Source: Clostridiales bacterium (GTDB lineage: Bacteria > Bacillota > Peptococcia > DRI-13 > UBA5745). Taken from it: 64,000 bases of DNA. Shown piece after piece: positions 1-8,250 of the stretch. The stretch's first letter is position 1; each line of letters opens with the position of its first letter. Under the pieces are notes generated by a model. It saw only the letters and a program-made list of their open reading frames with translations, ran no database searches and was not told the origin of the DNA. The translations under genes and the position numbers were made by a program. The stretch spans positions 57,360-121,359 of the forward strand of contig WRIW01000002.1 in assembly GCA_009782505.1 (NCBI GenBank), in the 5' to 3' direction.

Positions 1-160
1 TTATGCGGTGGCGCGGCTTATGGCAGCGTGAATAGATTCCCAGGATTTCTTAATCAGCAGAAACCCACTTGTTATCATGCCTGGCAATAATAACAGCGAA
101 TATAAGCAGTTCATCCGCTGCCTGTTCTTGATCATGGAATCGTACTTCAACATTGCTCAT
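1..160 (-). pseudogene. NUDIX hydrolase remnant (frameshifted, internally deleted paralog of the 3026..3457 gene)
   Basis: Own minus-strand translation from ATG at 160 gives MSNVEVRFHDQEQAADELLIFAVIIARHDNKWVSAD, stopping at 50. This parallels the N-terminus of the intact NUDIX at 3026..3457 (MSDIIVKFHEHEQVADELLVFAVIMTRHNNKWIF). A shifted frame continues ..SWESIHAAISRATA-stop (pos 1-3), resembling GESIDDAAKREL, so the GGHxE part of the Nudix box is missing. The ATG overlaps the upstream GNAT stop (ATGA). Confidence 0.55.
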
Positions 161-609
161 AACCACTTCACAAACCCCGTTTTATCATCCTTATTGAAGC
201 CGCAGTTCTCGTAGAAATTCAATGTGCTTTCCTTTTTTGAGCCGGTCATCAGCATGATTTTATAACAGTTATGTTCTTTTGCTAGCGCACTCGCTTTATT
301 CATCAGTTCAGTCGCGTAAAACTTACCGCGATGATCGGCATGGGTGACCACGTTCTCAATCACTGAGTATGGGCGCACATTATGGGTGAGATTCTCAATC
401 ACGATCAGTGTCGCCGAGGAGAGTACCAGGCCATCGACTTCACCCACAAGCAAATGATAAAATGGGTCGATTTCAAAACGATCGAGCTTCTCCCTCCAAA
501 TGGCCATATCTTGTGGTTCTTCCGGCGGATTCGAAGTCAAATGGTTGTGATACAGATCATGCAGTGATTCGGCGTCTGCTGCCGTTGCTGTCCTGATCGT
601 TAGCATCAT
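157..609 (-). CDS. GNAT family N-acetyltransferase
   Basis: ORF track 157..624. GNAT core pattern is present (VVTHADHRGKFYATELMNKA ... FYENCGF). The likely start is ATG 609, preceded by GGAGGGAGGA and overlapping the upstream stop (ATGA). Confidence 0.8.
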   Translation of the reverse strand: MMLTIRTATAADAESLHDLYHNHLTSNPPEEPQDMAIWREKLDRFEIDPFYHLLVGEVDGLVLSSATLIVIENLTHNVRPYSVIENVVTHADHRGKFYATELMNKASALAKEHNCYKIMLMTGSKKESTLNFYENCGFNKDDKTGFVKWL

Positions 610-2333
610 GCATCCTCCCTCCATTCATTCATCAGCTGCCTAATCGACTGCTGCCGTTGGTTGCGGTCGTCGCTGACGGCTTTTTTCGCTATATCATACA
701 GGCGCTTGTTGAGTGACCACGCTTCCGGCGAGCGGTCGCCATATGCGAACAAGGCGAACGCCGTCGCGCCCATTGTATAGACGTTCGTTATTTCATCCAT
801 CACAGCGTCCGGCACACACTCCTCCGGGGAAACATATCTTGCTGAACCCACGATCCCTAAGTTTCCGATGTTATGAAAGGGCGATTTTTGGTAAAGATCT
901 ATGTCGCATATAACGACTTTGTTTTTTTCGTAATCATATAGAATACTGCCGTCATAAAAATCAAGAGCGACATAACCTCTCGCGGCGACATGGGCGTGGA
1001 ACTCCATGATTTCCTCATATGCTTGTATTTTCTTTTCTGTCGGCATTTGCATGAATTTCATGTAATCGGGAGAGCCTTTCGGCTCTATGCCAATCGCGTC
1101 AGTCCATTCAAATACAGCCGCATATCCGCCGCCGATTTGTTCGGCTTCGATAAACTTTATCAAAGTCTGGTGGGCCAAATCGGTATAAATCCGAACCGCC
1201 TTTTTCAAGAGCGAAATCGCGCTTACGGAGTCAATCGCTCCGGTATCGCGGTTTGCGATGAAGTTTTTTCTTGGAGCGCCCGCGAACTTGACGAAGTACC
1301 GTTTGCCATCACCAGCGGTCACTCCGAAACAGATGTTGCCGGAACCTTGTTCGTCAAACACCTTGAACACCTTGCCATACTTACTGATGAAAGAAAAATC
1401 AAACGGTGCTTCGAGATGATAGGATACGCCGTCAATCCACTGGATGTAGAAGTCTTTGAGATACCACGATGGTACGGGGCTGTTCATGTTGTCGAACCAA
1501 AGCAGGACGTCCTGTGACTGCTTCATCATGGTATCAAGGTCAGACTGCCCGAACGGGATCGCCCAATATATCGAGGAAAGCGTGTTGCTGGCTATGTAAA
1601 ACGCGAGCAGTTTGAAGAACTCTATCGGCGGCTCGCCGCCAAAGTAGCCACGAAGCTGCCCGGTAGCGAAGTGAGGGCTTACCGCCGCGCTCCATACGAT
1701 GCGGTTGAATTCTTCCCACGGATCACCGAAATCGTAGCGGTCGAAGTCGATGATTTTTATTTCGCCGTTTTCAATCATCATATTACCCACATGATAATCG
1801 CCGTGTTGGAAGCATTGCGGACGGTTCTTCAGTAAATCACGGTTTTCCTCAATATAGGCGAGGACATGTTCGTCGCCGTCAAAACGCAGCCCGCACTCAT
1901 GGTATTTCTGTATTTTTATATTCGTCTTGCGGTTAAAGCGGGTTCCCCATTCTCCCTGTGCCTCCGGCGTAGGGATGGAGTGCATCTTGCGTATGATCTC
2001 ACCGGATTTTATCCCCAATACATACTGCTCCGTTTCCGGCAACAGTGGCAATACGGCTTTTAAATCCTCCCCCTCAATCCAGCTTTGGAGCGAATACACC
2101 CCGTCATCACAAGTGCCGAACTCCATAGGCTTGCACATAGGTATGCCGAGAGCTGCTACCCGCTCCATCACTTCAAACAGGGCTTTCCGCGTCTCATAAC
2201 GGGAAAAGGGCGTTATTCGGAGCAGATACTTCGTCCCGTCGGTTCCGGCGACGCAATATTTTTTGTCCTCCGACCAGCCTTTGGCGATTGGTTCGATATT
2301 TGTAAATCTATCGAGCAGATTTAGTTCAGTCAT
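606..2333 (-). CDS. Fusion protein: aminoglycoside/choline-kinase-type phosphotransferase (APH) domain plus a second protein-kinase-like domain
   Basis: 575 aa ORF. The N-terminal half has APH motifs QHGDYHVGNMMI and IIDFD. The C-terminal half has kinase-like blocks YFVKFAG, ALDFYDGSILYD, VICDIDL and GSARYVSPEE. It overlaps both flanking GNAT genes. Confidence 0.75.
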   Translation of the reverse strand: MTELNLLDRFTNIEPIAKGWSEDKKYCVAGTDGTKYLLRITPFSRYETRKALFEVMERVAALGIPMCKPMEFGTCDDGVYSLQSWIEGEDLKAVLPLLPETEQYVLGIKSGEIIRKMHSIPTPEAQGEWGTRFNRKTNIKIQKYHECGLRFDGDEHVLAYIEENRDLLKNRPQCFQHGDYHVGNMMIENGEIKIIDFDRYDFGDPWEEFNRIVWSAAVSPHFATGQLRGYFGGEPPIEFFKLLAFYIASNTLSSIYWAIPFGQSDLDTMMKQSQDVLLWFDNMNSPVPSWYLKDFYIQWIDGVSYHLEAPFDFSFISKYGKVFKVFDEQGSGNICFGVTAGDGKRYFVKFAGAPRKNFIANRDTGAIDSVSAISLLKKAVRIYTDLAHQTLIKFIEAEQIGGGYAAVFEWTDAIGIEPKGSPDYMKFMQMPTEKKIQAYEEIMEFHAHVAARGYVALDFYDGSILYDYEKNKVVICDIDLYQKSPFHNIGNLGIVGSARYVSPEECVPDAVMDEITNVYTMGATAFALFAYGDRSPEAWSLNKRLYDIAKKAVSDDRNQRQQSIRQLMNEWREDA

Positions 2334-2796
2334 TCACGGCCTCATTTATTCTCATTGTCATATAGCCTTCCGAATATTCGAATCCAGCTTTTTGATATAT
2401 GGATTTTCCGTACTCTGATGTATGAAGCCGGGCAACAGTATATCCAAGAGCTTTTGCCTCGTTTAGCAGTGAATCCAGTAGCTCAGTGGCTATTCCCCTG
2501 CGGCGATACTCATCTTTGGTGTACATATTCGTAATGTATGCGTTCATGCCTGTCGGATTCGAGAACGATGGCGGTAGCGAATAGAAGCACAATCCGCTGG
2601 TTGCTATTATCTCGCCGTCGTCCTCCATTACCCATGAGATGAATGATTCATCTGAAATTGAGGATTCAAAGTAATCAGTAGTCTGATTGATAAAGTCTGA
2701 AGCGGCTGGCAGCTTCTCGCCTTCGTCAATCAACTGCTTTTTCCGAAGTTCGACTAGAATTGGAACATCGCTTAAATCAGCTTTTCTCTTAATCAT
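2326..2796 (-). CDS. GNAT family N-acetyltransferase
   Basis: 156 aa ORF with a GNAT acetyl-CoA pocket pattern (YRRRGIATELLDSLLNEAKALGY ... YQKAGF). It overlaps the start of the APH/kinase gene by 8 nt. Confidence 0.8.
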   Translation of the reverse strand: MIKRKADLSDVPILVELRKKQLIDEGEKLPAASDFINQTTDYFESSISDESFISWVMEDDGEIIATSGLCFYSLPPSFSNPTGMNAYITNMYTKDEYRRRGIATELLDSLLNEAKALGYTVARLHTSEYGKSIYQKAGFEYSEGYMTMRINEAVND

Positions 2797-2833
2797 ATCT
2801 TACTTCGGCCTCCTCAGATGATTCTCGTTGTAC

Positions 2834-3004
2834 TCATATTAAGGATAGTTCAAACTCAAATTCATGCGCTATTGGTAAAATGTCTTCACCTGTCAGTGGA
2901 ATCTGCGGTTTCAACTTGCGCGCTTGTAGTAGCAATTTGCCGTCTTGATGAACGAATACACATGCGCCAACATATAATATCCTTTCGCTCTTTCTAATAA
3001 CCAT
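2834..3004 (-). pseudogene. Possible NUDIX-like N-terminal remnant (56 codons, below the ORF-track cutoff)
   Basis: Own translation: MVIRKSERILYVGACVFVHQDGKLLLQARKLKPQIPLTGEDILPIAHEFEFELSLI-stop. The segment VGACVFVHQDGKLLLQARK looks like the first strand region of MutT/NUDIX proteins, but no Nudix box follows. The SD is weak. Confidence 0.3.
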
Positions 3005-3025
3005 TTGTATCTATTCTCTCGTTGA

Positions 3026-3457
3026 TTACCTATTAAACCACATCAACGTATTTTGATATAAGACCGATTGAATTAGGGGGTACGTCAGTTTTTCTGGAAG
3101 TGAATCAAAGTGATATATTTCGGCTATTTCTGATTCAGATGACAACAAGCCCAAATCAAAGATTTCAGCAAAATACAGCTTTCCATATGTTGTTATACCA
3201 TCAATCGTTACAGAGTAGGCGCTGATAGGCAAAGTCTTATACTTTAATGCGCCGGTTTCTTCTGTAAGTTCGCGCTTTGCAGCATCATCAATGCTTTCCC
3301 CGGCTTCCCTATGCCCTCCGGGGATTTCGTATGTATCGCGTTCTTTGTGTCGGCAGAAAATCCATTTATTATTATGCCTTGTCATGATAACGGCAAATAC
3401 CAGAAGCTCATCAGCTACTTGCTCATGCTCATGGAATTTAACAATAATGTCGCTCAT
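3026..3457 (-). CDS. NUDIX hydrolase
   Basis: 143 aa ORF with a full Nudix box GGHREAGESIDDAAKRELTEETG. The start overlaps the stop of the upstream HAD gene (ATGA). Confidence 0.85.
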   Translation of the reverse strand: MSDIIVKFHEHEQVADELLVFAVIMTRHNNKWIFCRHKERDTYEIPGGHREAGESIDDAAKRELTEETGALKYKTLPISAYSVTIDGITTYGKLYFAEIFDLGLLSSESEIAEIYHFDSLPEKLTYPLIQSVLYQNTLMWFNR

Positions 3458-4119
3458 TTTGGTTTTTCTCCGATAATCAGACTGTACAGCTCATCTATTG
3501 TATCGACGATACGGGTTGCACCGGCTATTTCAAGCTCTCTGCGAGAGCCGTAGCCCCATGTGTTGCCGATGCTGTCGATTCCGTTCTCATTTGCGGCGAT
3601 GATATCATGCTCTCGGTCGCCAATCATTACAACCGATATCTGCCGTTTGGGATCAAGGGTTTCAATCGCAATACGCACGATATCCCTTTTGCCGTTCTTC
3701 GTCAGGCTGCCGTCCATTTGGTCGCCGGACACATAGGCAAAGAAGCCGTCGAGCTTGAAGTGTTCAAGAATTCGGTTCGTATAAACTGTCGTCTTGCTTG
3801 TGGCGACAGCAAGCATTTTACCGTTGAGTTTTAGCTTGCGCAAGGTTTCCGGTATACCGGGGTAGACAGCATTCTCGTAGAGTCCTGTTTCCGAGAAATA
3901 CTCTCGATATTTAGCGACAGCCAGTTCTGTGTCAGAATCCGAAAAGCCATATGTGTCCCGAAATGATTCACGCAATGGCGGACCGATGAACTTTGTCAGG
4001 CTATCGAGTTCTTCGTTAATTCCGAATGAAGATAACGTATATTGAAATGACTTAGTGATACCGAGCTTCGGGTCGGTCAGCGTTCCGTCAAGGTCAAATA
4101 AGCAAATATCGTAAGGCAC
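3454..4119 (-). CDS. HAD-IA family phosphatase (phosphoglycolate phosphatase / nucleotidase-like)
   Basis: HAD motifs FDLDGTLTD, VATSK and GDREHD. I place the start at GTG 4119 (VPYDICLFDLDG), 9 nt after GAGGTGG, rather than at the longer track ORF start (4182). Confidence 0.8.
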   Translation of the reverse strand: MPYDICLFDLDGTLTDPKLGITKSFQYTLSSFGINEELDSLTKFIGPPLRESFRDTYGFSDSDTELAVAKYREYFSETGLYENAVYPGIPETLRKLKLNGKMLAVATSKTTVYTNRILEHFKLDGFFAYVSGDQMDGSLTKNGKRDIVRIAIETLDPKRQISVVMIGDREHDIIAANENGIDSIGNTWGYGSRRELEIAGATRIVDTIDELYSLIIGEKPK

Positions 4120-4123
4120 TTTA

Positions 4124-4222
4124 TTAATCCACCTCGCTTTCGGCGCGATCCCACGCCAGAATAAAAACCCGCTCGGTATCAAACATAGTGCCGTCCATAT
4201 CGAAGATGATTGCTTTTATCAT
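4124..4222 (-). pseudogene. HAD phosphatase N-terminal fragment (32 codons)
   Basis: MIKAIIFDMDGTMFDTERVFILAWDRAESEVD-stop. It has its own SD (GGGAG) and HAD motif I (DMDGT), but terminates just before the intact HAD gene. Confidence 0.5.
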
Positions 4223-4241
4223 AATTAACTCCCTATCTATT

Positions 4242-4451
4242 CTACTCCGACAGGTAATCGAGAAGAACCATCTGTAAGCCTGCTGCATTATCAAGCCATA
4301 TATAATGTGAAGCATCCTTGATCGTGATACATCGTGCGTTTGGCATCAGGTTTGCAAACTGCTCAGCCGGCCAGCTTGGGCGTATATCATTTTCAGCTAT
4401 GACAAACAGCGCAGGCATATTCATTCTACCATAAACCCCAAAGTGATTCAC
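4242..4451 (-). pseudogene. Alpha/beta hydrolase C-terminal fragment
   Basis: The ORF-track peptide ..PALFVIAENDIRPSWPAEQFANLMPNARCITIKDASHYIWLD.. resembles the last strand and catalytic-His region of alpha/beta hydrolases. No N-terminal nucleophile-elbow region is found upstream in any frame. Confidence 0.45.
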
Positions 4452-4688
4452 TAAGGAATGTTAATATATAGCAGTTCTCTCGCAACAACTCCGTTTAACC
4501 AAAACTCAAACGGCGGTTGAATTTCTAGGAAATTCAAATACGAAGTTATTGTTTGCCGTCAGAGCTTAGGGTATGATGAATCCGAAGAAGGAAGAAAACT
4601 CTTTTCACTGGAAATCCGGGCAGCTTTTCGCCTTTTTTCAGGAGGTGCTACGCCGCTGTCAACGACGGTGTAGTTGTTTGAAAGACGC

Positions 4689-5108
4689 TCAGTTGAGCTG
4701 GTTCGTATCCGCGCCTGCGGCGATGAGGTCGATCAACCCCATCTGCTCCCTGCCCAGTATGGTCTGCCTGCCGAATGGGTTGATGGCGATGCCGCACAGT
4801 TCCGGGAAGCAGGCTATAACGTGCCTCAACGTCAGGTAGGGGAAGATTGCGGTTTCCGCGCCATCGAATCTTTCCCGCCTGTACTCGCCCTCCGCGCTGA
4901 AAACCGGGATGTACATCCCCTGCCTATCTTTGTCGCCGATCAGGAACGGCCTCTTGTCCTCGCTGTCCACCGGGACGATGAATTGCGCCGCCCATAGGTC
5001 GAGATAGAAAAGCATGATTTTCTCCTGGGTAGGCATACTCTGGTAAAGATAAAGGGTATGCTCGACGCCTGATAGGAAACCGTGTTGGCTTGTGTTGTGC
5101 ATCGTCAT
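4689..5108 (-). CDS. SseB-like family protein (function unknown)
   Basis: Track ORF 4689..5267. The conserved part begins at MTMHNTS (ATG 5108). The pattern FIVPV...MYIPVFSAEGEY...GIAINPFG is typical of SseB-type domains as I recall them. Confidence 0.5.
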   Translation of the reverse strand: MTMHNTSQHGFLSGVEHTLYLYQSMPTQEKIMLFYLDLWAAQFIVPVDSEDKRPFLIGDKDRQGMYIPVFSAEGEYRRERFDGAETAIFPYLTLRHVIACFPELCGIAINPFGRQTILGREQMGLIDLIAAGADTNQLN

Positions 5109-5510
5109 TCCGCCTGTTGCTCCTGCTCTGCTTTCTTCGCCTGTTTCCTCTGCGCCTTGATCTGGGAGCCCACAGGCGATTTTCTTCAATCTCTCTCGCG
5201 AGAGATTTTCGAAAAAATGCTTGTCGGAGCAAGCCCCGAACCCCCTAAACCGCCCGCTACCGCGCACGATTTATTAAGCCGCTTTCGCGTCTGCTACGTC
5301 CTTCGGACTTTGGAAAAATTGAAAACGTCGCTGCCATCATGCAATAAAAAGTCGACATGCAGACTGGCGACGTTGATGACAAAGCTGACGTCGCAAAACA
5401 CAACGGCAGCCTCAACGCACCAAAGAATAGGGTGTTGATATCGAGACCGCGCGACCGCAGTTGATTGGAGCAAAAAAACACAAATAGCACTATCATTAAT
5501 TTCCATATTT

Positions 5511-5519
5511 TGATATAAT
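5511..5519 (+). promoter_or_regulatory. Extended -10 promoter (TGaTATAAT) giving a probable leaderless mRNA for the 5526 gene
   Basis: TATAAT lies at 5514-5519 with TG two nt upstream. The ATG at 5526 lies 7 nt downstream of the -10, and no SD lies between them. Confidence 0.45.
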
Positions 5520-5525
5520 ACGTCT

Positions 5526-5942
5526 ATGGCGAGAAAAAAGAGAAAGCAGCAGAATCCTGGTAAGGTCATCATTCCCGTAGGTCACCCAAACCCTCCGGAA
5601 CCACATGAAGTGGACGCTGCAATGGTATTGGCGCGTCATTACCAGACAACAGTAGAGTTCCTCGTACCTGTGGATGACTATAAGCGGAAATCTGCCGACA
5701 TTGTTATGCTAGGTGTGGAGTGGGAGATAAAGTGTCCGATTGGTAAGTCAAGGTATACAATTCAGGAACAGTTCCGAAGGGCATCGAAACAGTCCAAGTA
5801 CATTATTATTGATTCTCGCCGTACCAAGCTCAATGATGATGATATTGAAAAGAGCATACTCCATGAAATAAGAAAGCGACCTTCCATAAAAAGGGTTTTA
5901 CTAGTAGACAAACTTGAAAAAGTAGTTGAAATCGAAGCATAA
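5526..5942 (+). CDS. Small PD-(D/E)xK (restriction-endonuclease-fold) nuclease-like protein, toxin-domain-like
   Basis: 138 aa with a basic N-terminus (MARKKRKQQ). The motif order is E(PHEVD)...SADIVM...EWEIK, matching E-D-ExK. The exact family is not recognised with certainty. Confidence 0.5.
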   Translation: MARKKRKQQNPGKVIIPVGHPNPPEPHEVDAAMVLARHYQTTVEFLVPVDDYKRKSADIVMLGVEWEIKCPIGKSRYTIQEQFRRASKQSKYIIIDSRRTKLNDDDIEKSILHEIRKRPSIKRVLLVDKLEKVVEIEA

Positions 5943-6019
5943 GCATGGTACAATCATCTGTGTGGGAAGACCGGGCAGTCCTGATTGGGCAGTCAAAGGA
6001 GTATCCTGCGCATGAAAGT

Positions 6020-6054
6020 AAAACATCTGCCAGTATATATGGCAGATGTTTTCT
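6020..6054 (+). terminator. Rho-independent terminator downstream of the nuclease-like gene
   Basis: Perfect 12-bp stem AAAACATCTGCC / GGCAGATGTTTT with loop AGTATATAT. The T-run is part of and follows the 3' arm, and an A-run on the 5' side makes it potentially bidirectional. Confidence 0.7.
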
Positions 6055-6191
6055 TCGCTATCGCCCCTCTCTGGCTGACCCGCCTCAAACTGCTACGGAT
6101 GGGGTGGCTGCCTGTCTGTATTTGCGACATTTTGGACATGTCACCTTATCAGATAGCCCGTCCGCTCCTTATCGCTTGTGATCGGTACGGC

Positions 6192-6662
6192 ATGAAGACC
6201 GCATCAGAGTATGGCGGCAGGCATTATTCGAATTTTGTTGTTTCCGATATGTGGGAGTACATCACATATTTTGACGTCGTCGATTTCTCAGCTCACGAAC
6301 TGGATGCGGAAAAACTGTACATGGTTGTAGAAAAGCCGGAAGATGTGCCGTTTATTGAAAAGAACATTTCTGAAGGGCTCTACTTGAAGGTAAGCAGCGA
6401 TAACCTTGCGATGGTTATGCACAAGGACGCAACAAAGGCGAAAGCTGTCGCCGAGCTTGCAAGACAGTGGGGTATCCCACAATCAAGAATTGTTTCCTTT
6501 GGCGACGACTCGAACGATCTTGACATGCTTGAATACTCTGGTATCGGCGTTGCTATGGGGAACGCCCTTGACGAAGTGAAGTCCGTCGCTGACTTCACCT
6601 GCACGAGCAACGATGAAGATGGACTTGCTGAATGGATAATGTCTAATGTTAATCTCGTATGA
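6192..6662 (+). pseudogene. Cof-type HAD-IIB phosphatase, C-terminal part only
   Basis: The C-terminal ~155 aa match the Cof/YbjI pattern (KAKAVAELARQWGI..IVSFGDDSNDLDMLEYSGIGVAMGNA). The N-terminal DxD motif region is absent. The upstream part of track ORF 5985..6662 crosses the terminator and has no HAD features. Confidence 0.55.
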
Positions 6663-6711
6663 GAGAACCCAATATCAATAAGTAAACAAACCAAAAAACC
6701 GGGGGGACGGC

Positions 6712-6741
6712 TTGACAAACATTTTACCGGATAGATATAAT
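6712..6741 (+). promoter_or_regulatory. Sigma-70-type promoter of the tungstate/Moco operon
   Basis: TTGACA (6712-6717), 18-nt spacer, TATAAT (6736-6741). Confidence 0.6.
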
Positions 6742-6809
6742 CAACATGCGCAAAAGAAACGCCATGGGTCATTGACCATATTCTCGTGAATTCATTATGC
6801 TGCTGAAGC

Positions 6810-6960
6810 CTGCTTGCCTAAGGGTCTATCCTATGGCAGAGGGCCAACGGGTGCCTTTGGAAACGAAAGCATCTCCCGTACTTGGAAAGGCTGCAAATCT
6901 CCGCCGGAGCCATACTGCCGCCCGACACGCATAACGAATGCATCGGCGGTGTTTTTTTTG
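6810..6960 (+). promoter_or_regulatory. Candidate molybdenum/tungsten cofactor (Moco/Tuco) riboswitch with terminator expression platform
   Basis: The block GCAUCUCCCGUACUUGGAAAGGCUGC (6869-6894) closely resembles the conserved CUCCCGUAUCUGGAAAGG block I recall from the E. coli moaA Moco motif. A P1-like pairing GGCAGAGG/UCUCCGCC flanks it. It is followed by the stem CCGCCCGA..UCGGCGG and a T8 run (6952-6959), directly upstream of tupABC-moeA. Confidence 0.6.
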
Positions 6961-7038
6961 GCTTGACGTCACGGAGCGCCAGGGTCGGCGCTTCGACGCG
7001 CCCGGCAATACGAGCCGTAACGAAAAGGAGGATTTCAC

Positions 7039-8232
7039 GTGAAAAAAATCATCGCATTGGCCCTGGTCTCAATCATGGTCATGGCGGCCCCTCTGGCAGC
7101 CATGGCAGCCGCCCCCGTCAATCTTCAGACAAAAGGCGCTCCAGTAGTCTTTGGCGCCAAAGCCGCGCCGTACATCACCGACGCCGGAGACACGATGGTG
7201 CCCTTGTCCTATCTGGACTCCCTGGGGATATGGACCGGATGGAACGCCCAGACAGGTACCGCGACACTGATCAACGGCAAGCTGGTCACCGCGACCGCGA
7301 CCTCAACCGCTGTGGACGGCGCCGCCACTGCTTTTAACCTTAACCTAACTGTGACAGATAACATCCCCTTTATCAAGCTGAGGAGCGTGAGCAATATCTT
7401 CAACCTCAGCCTGGCGTGGAACGGGGATACGCGTACGGTCAACGTGACCAATACCCTGTCGAAGCCCGTAGCGGCAAAAAAGGAGCTCATCCTGGCGACC
7501 ACCACAAGCACACAGGACAGCGGTCTCCTCGATTTCCTTCTGCCCGAGTTTGAGAAGGATACGGGTATCGTGGTGAAAACCGTATCCGTTGGCTCCGGCG
7601 CGGCGATCAAGATGGGCTCCGACGGGGAGGCCGACCTTATGCTGGTACACTCCAAGAGCCAGGAACTTGACGCCATGAAAGCGGGAGACGCCGTGTCCCG
7701 GCACGAGCTGATGTACAACGACTTCATCATCGTAGGGCCCGAGGGCGACCCGGCGGGGGTGAGAGCGGCGGAGGGCGACGCCCTAAAGGCGTTTAAAGCT
7801 ATATACGATTCCGGCCTGCCTTTCGTGTCCCGGGGCGACAAGTCCGGCACGGATACTTTAGAGAAGTCCCTTTGGGTCGCGGCGGGCGTCACCCCCGACC
7901 CGAAGAATTATCTGGAAGCCGCCACAGGCATGCTGGCCACCCTGACCATAGCCGAGCAGAGGAACGGATATACCGTCACGGACAGGGCCACTTATCTGAA
8001 GAATCAGGACAAGCTGAGCTTGCCCATCTTATGCGAAGGCGACTCGCTGCTGTTGAATCAGTACAGCGTCATGGTCGTGAACCCAAATAAGAACAATATG
8101 ATCAATGTCCTGTCAGCCTTGCAGTTTTCCGACTGGCTGATTTCCGCGAAAGGGCAGGAGCTGATCAACGCCTATGGCGTGGAGGAATATGGCAAACCTT
8201 TGTTTTTCGCGAACTTCAAGCCGGCGTATTAG
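7039..8232 (+). CDS. tupA: Tungstate ABC transporter substrate-binding protein TupA with N-terminal copper-amine-oxidase-like (stalk) domain
   Basis: GTG start after AAAAGGAGG. Signal peptide without a lipobox Cys. Residues ~30-135 follow the Cu_amine_oxidN1-like pattern (MVPLSYLDSLGIWTGWNAQTGTATL; IKLRSVSNIFNLSLAWNGDTRTVNV). These are followed by a TupA-type PBP with ATTTSTQDSGLLDFLLPEFEK. Confidence 0.8.
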   Translation: MKKIIALALVSIMVMAAPLAAMAAAPVNLQTKGAPVVFGAKAAPYITDAGDTMVPLSYLDSLGIWTGWNAQTGTATLINGKLVTATATSTAVDGAATAFNLNLTVTDNIPFIKLRSVSNIFNLSLAWNGDTRTVNVTNTLSKPVAAKKELILATTTSTQDSGLLDFLLPEFEKDTGIVVKTVSVGSGAAIKMGSDGEADLMLVHSKSQELDAMKAGDAVSRHELMYNDFIIVGPEGDPAGVRAAEGDALKAFKAIYDSGLPFVSRGDKSGTDTLEKSLWVAAGVTPDPKNYLEAATGMLATLTIAEQRNGYTVTDRATYLKNQDKLSLPILCEGDSLLLNQYSVMVVNPNKNNMINVLSALQFSDWLISAKGQELINAYGVEEYGKPLFFANFKPAY

Positions 8233-8250
8233 GATCAGGTCTCGCTGAGA

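Noticed and set aside
4538-4549. ATACGAAGTTAT, a 12-nt match to one loxP arm, next to a GAATTTC-TAG-GAAATTC palindrome (4519-4535).
   Set aside because: Only one arm is present, with no inverted partner at 8-nt spacing and no recombinase gene nearby. It is most likely a chance match noticed post hoc.
5945-6191. Track ORFs 5945..6181 and the N-terminal part of 5985..6662, considered as an immunity gene for the nuclease or as the HAD N-terminus.
   Set aside because: They run straight through the strong terminator hairpin at 6020-6054, lack an SD and show no HAD motif I. Only the part from ~6192 resembles a Cof-type phosphatase.
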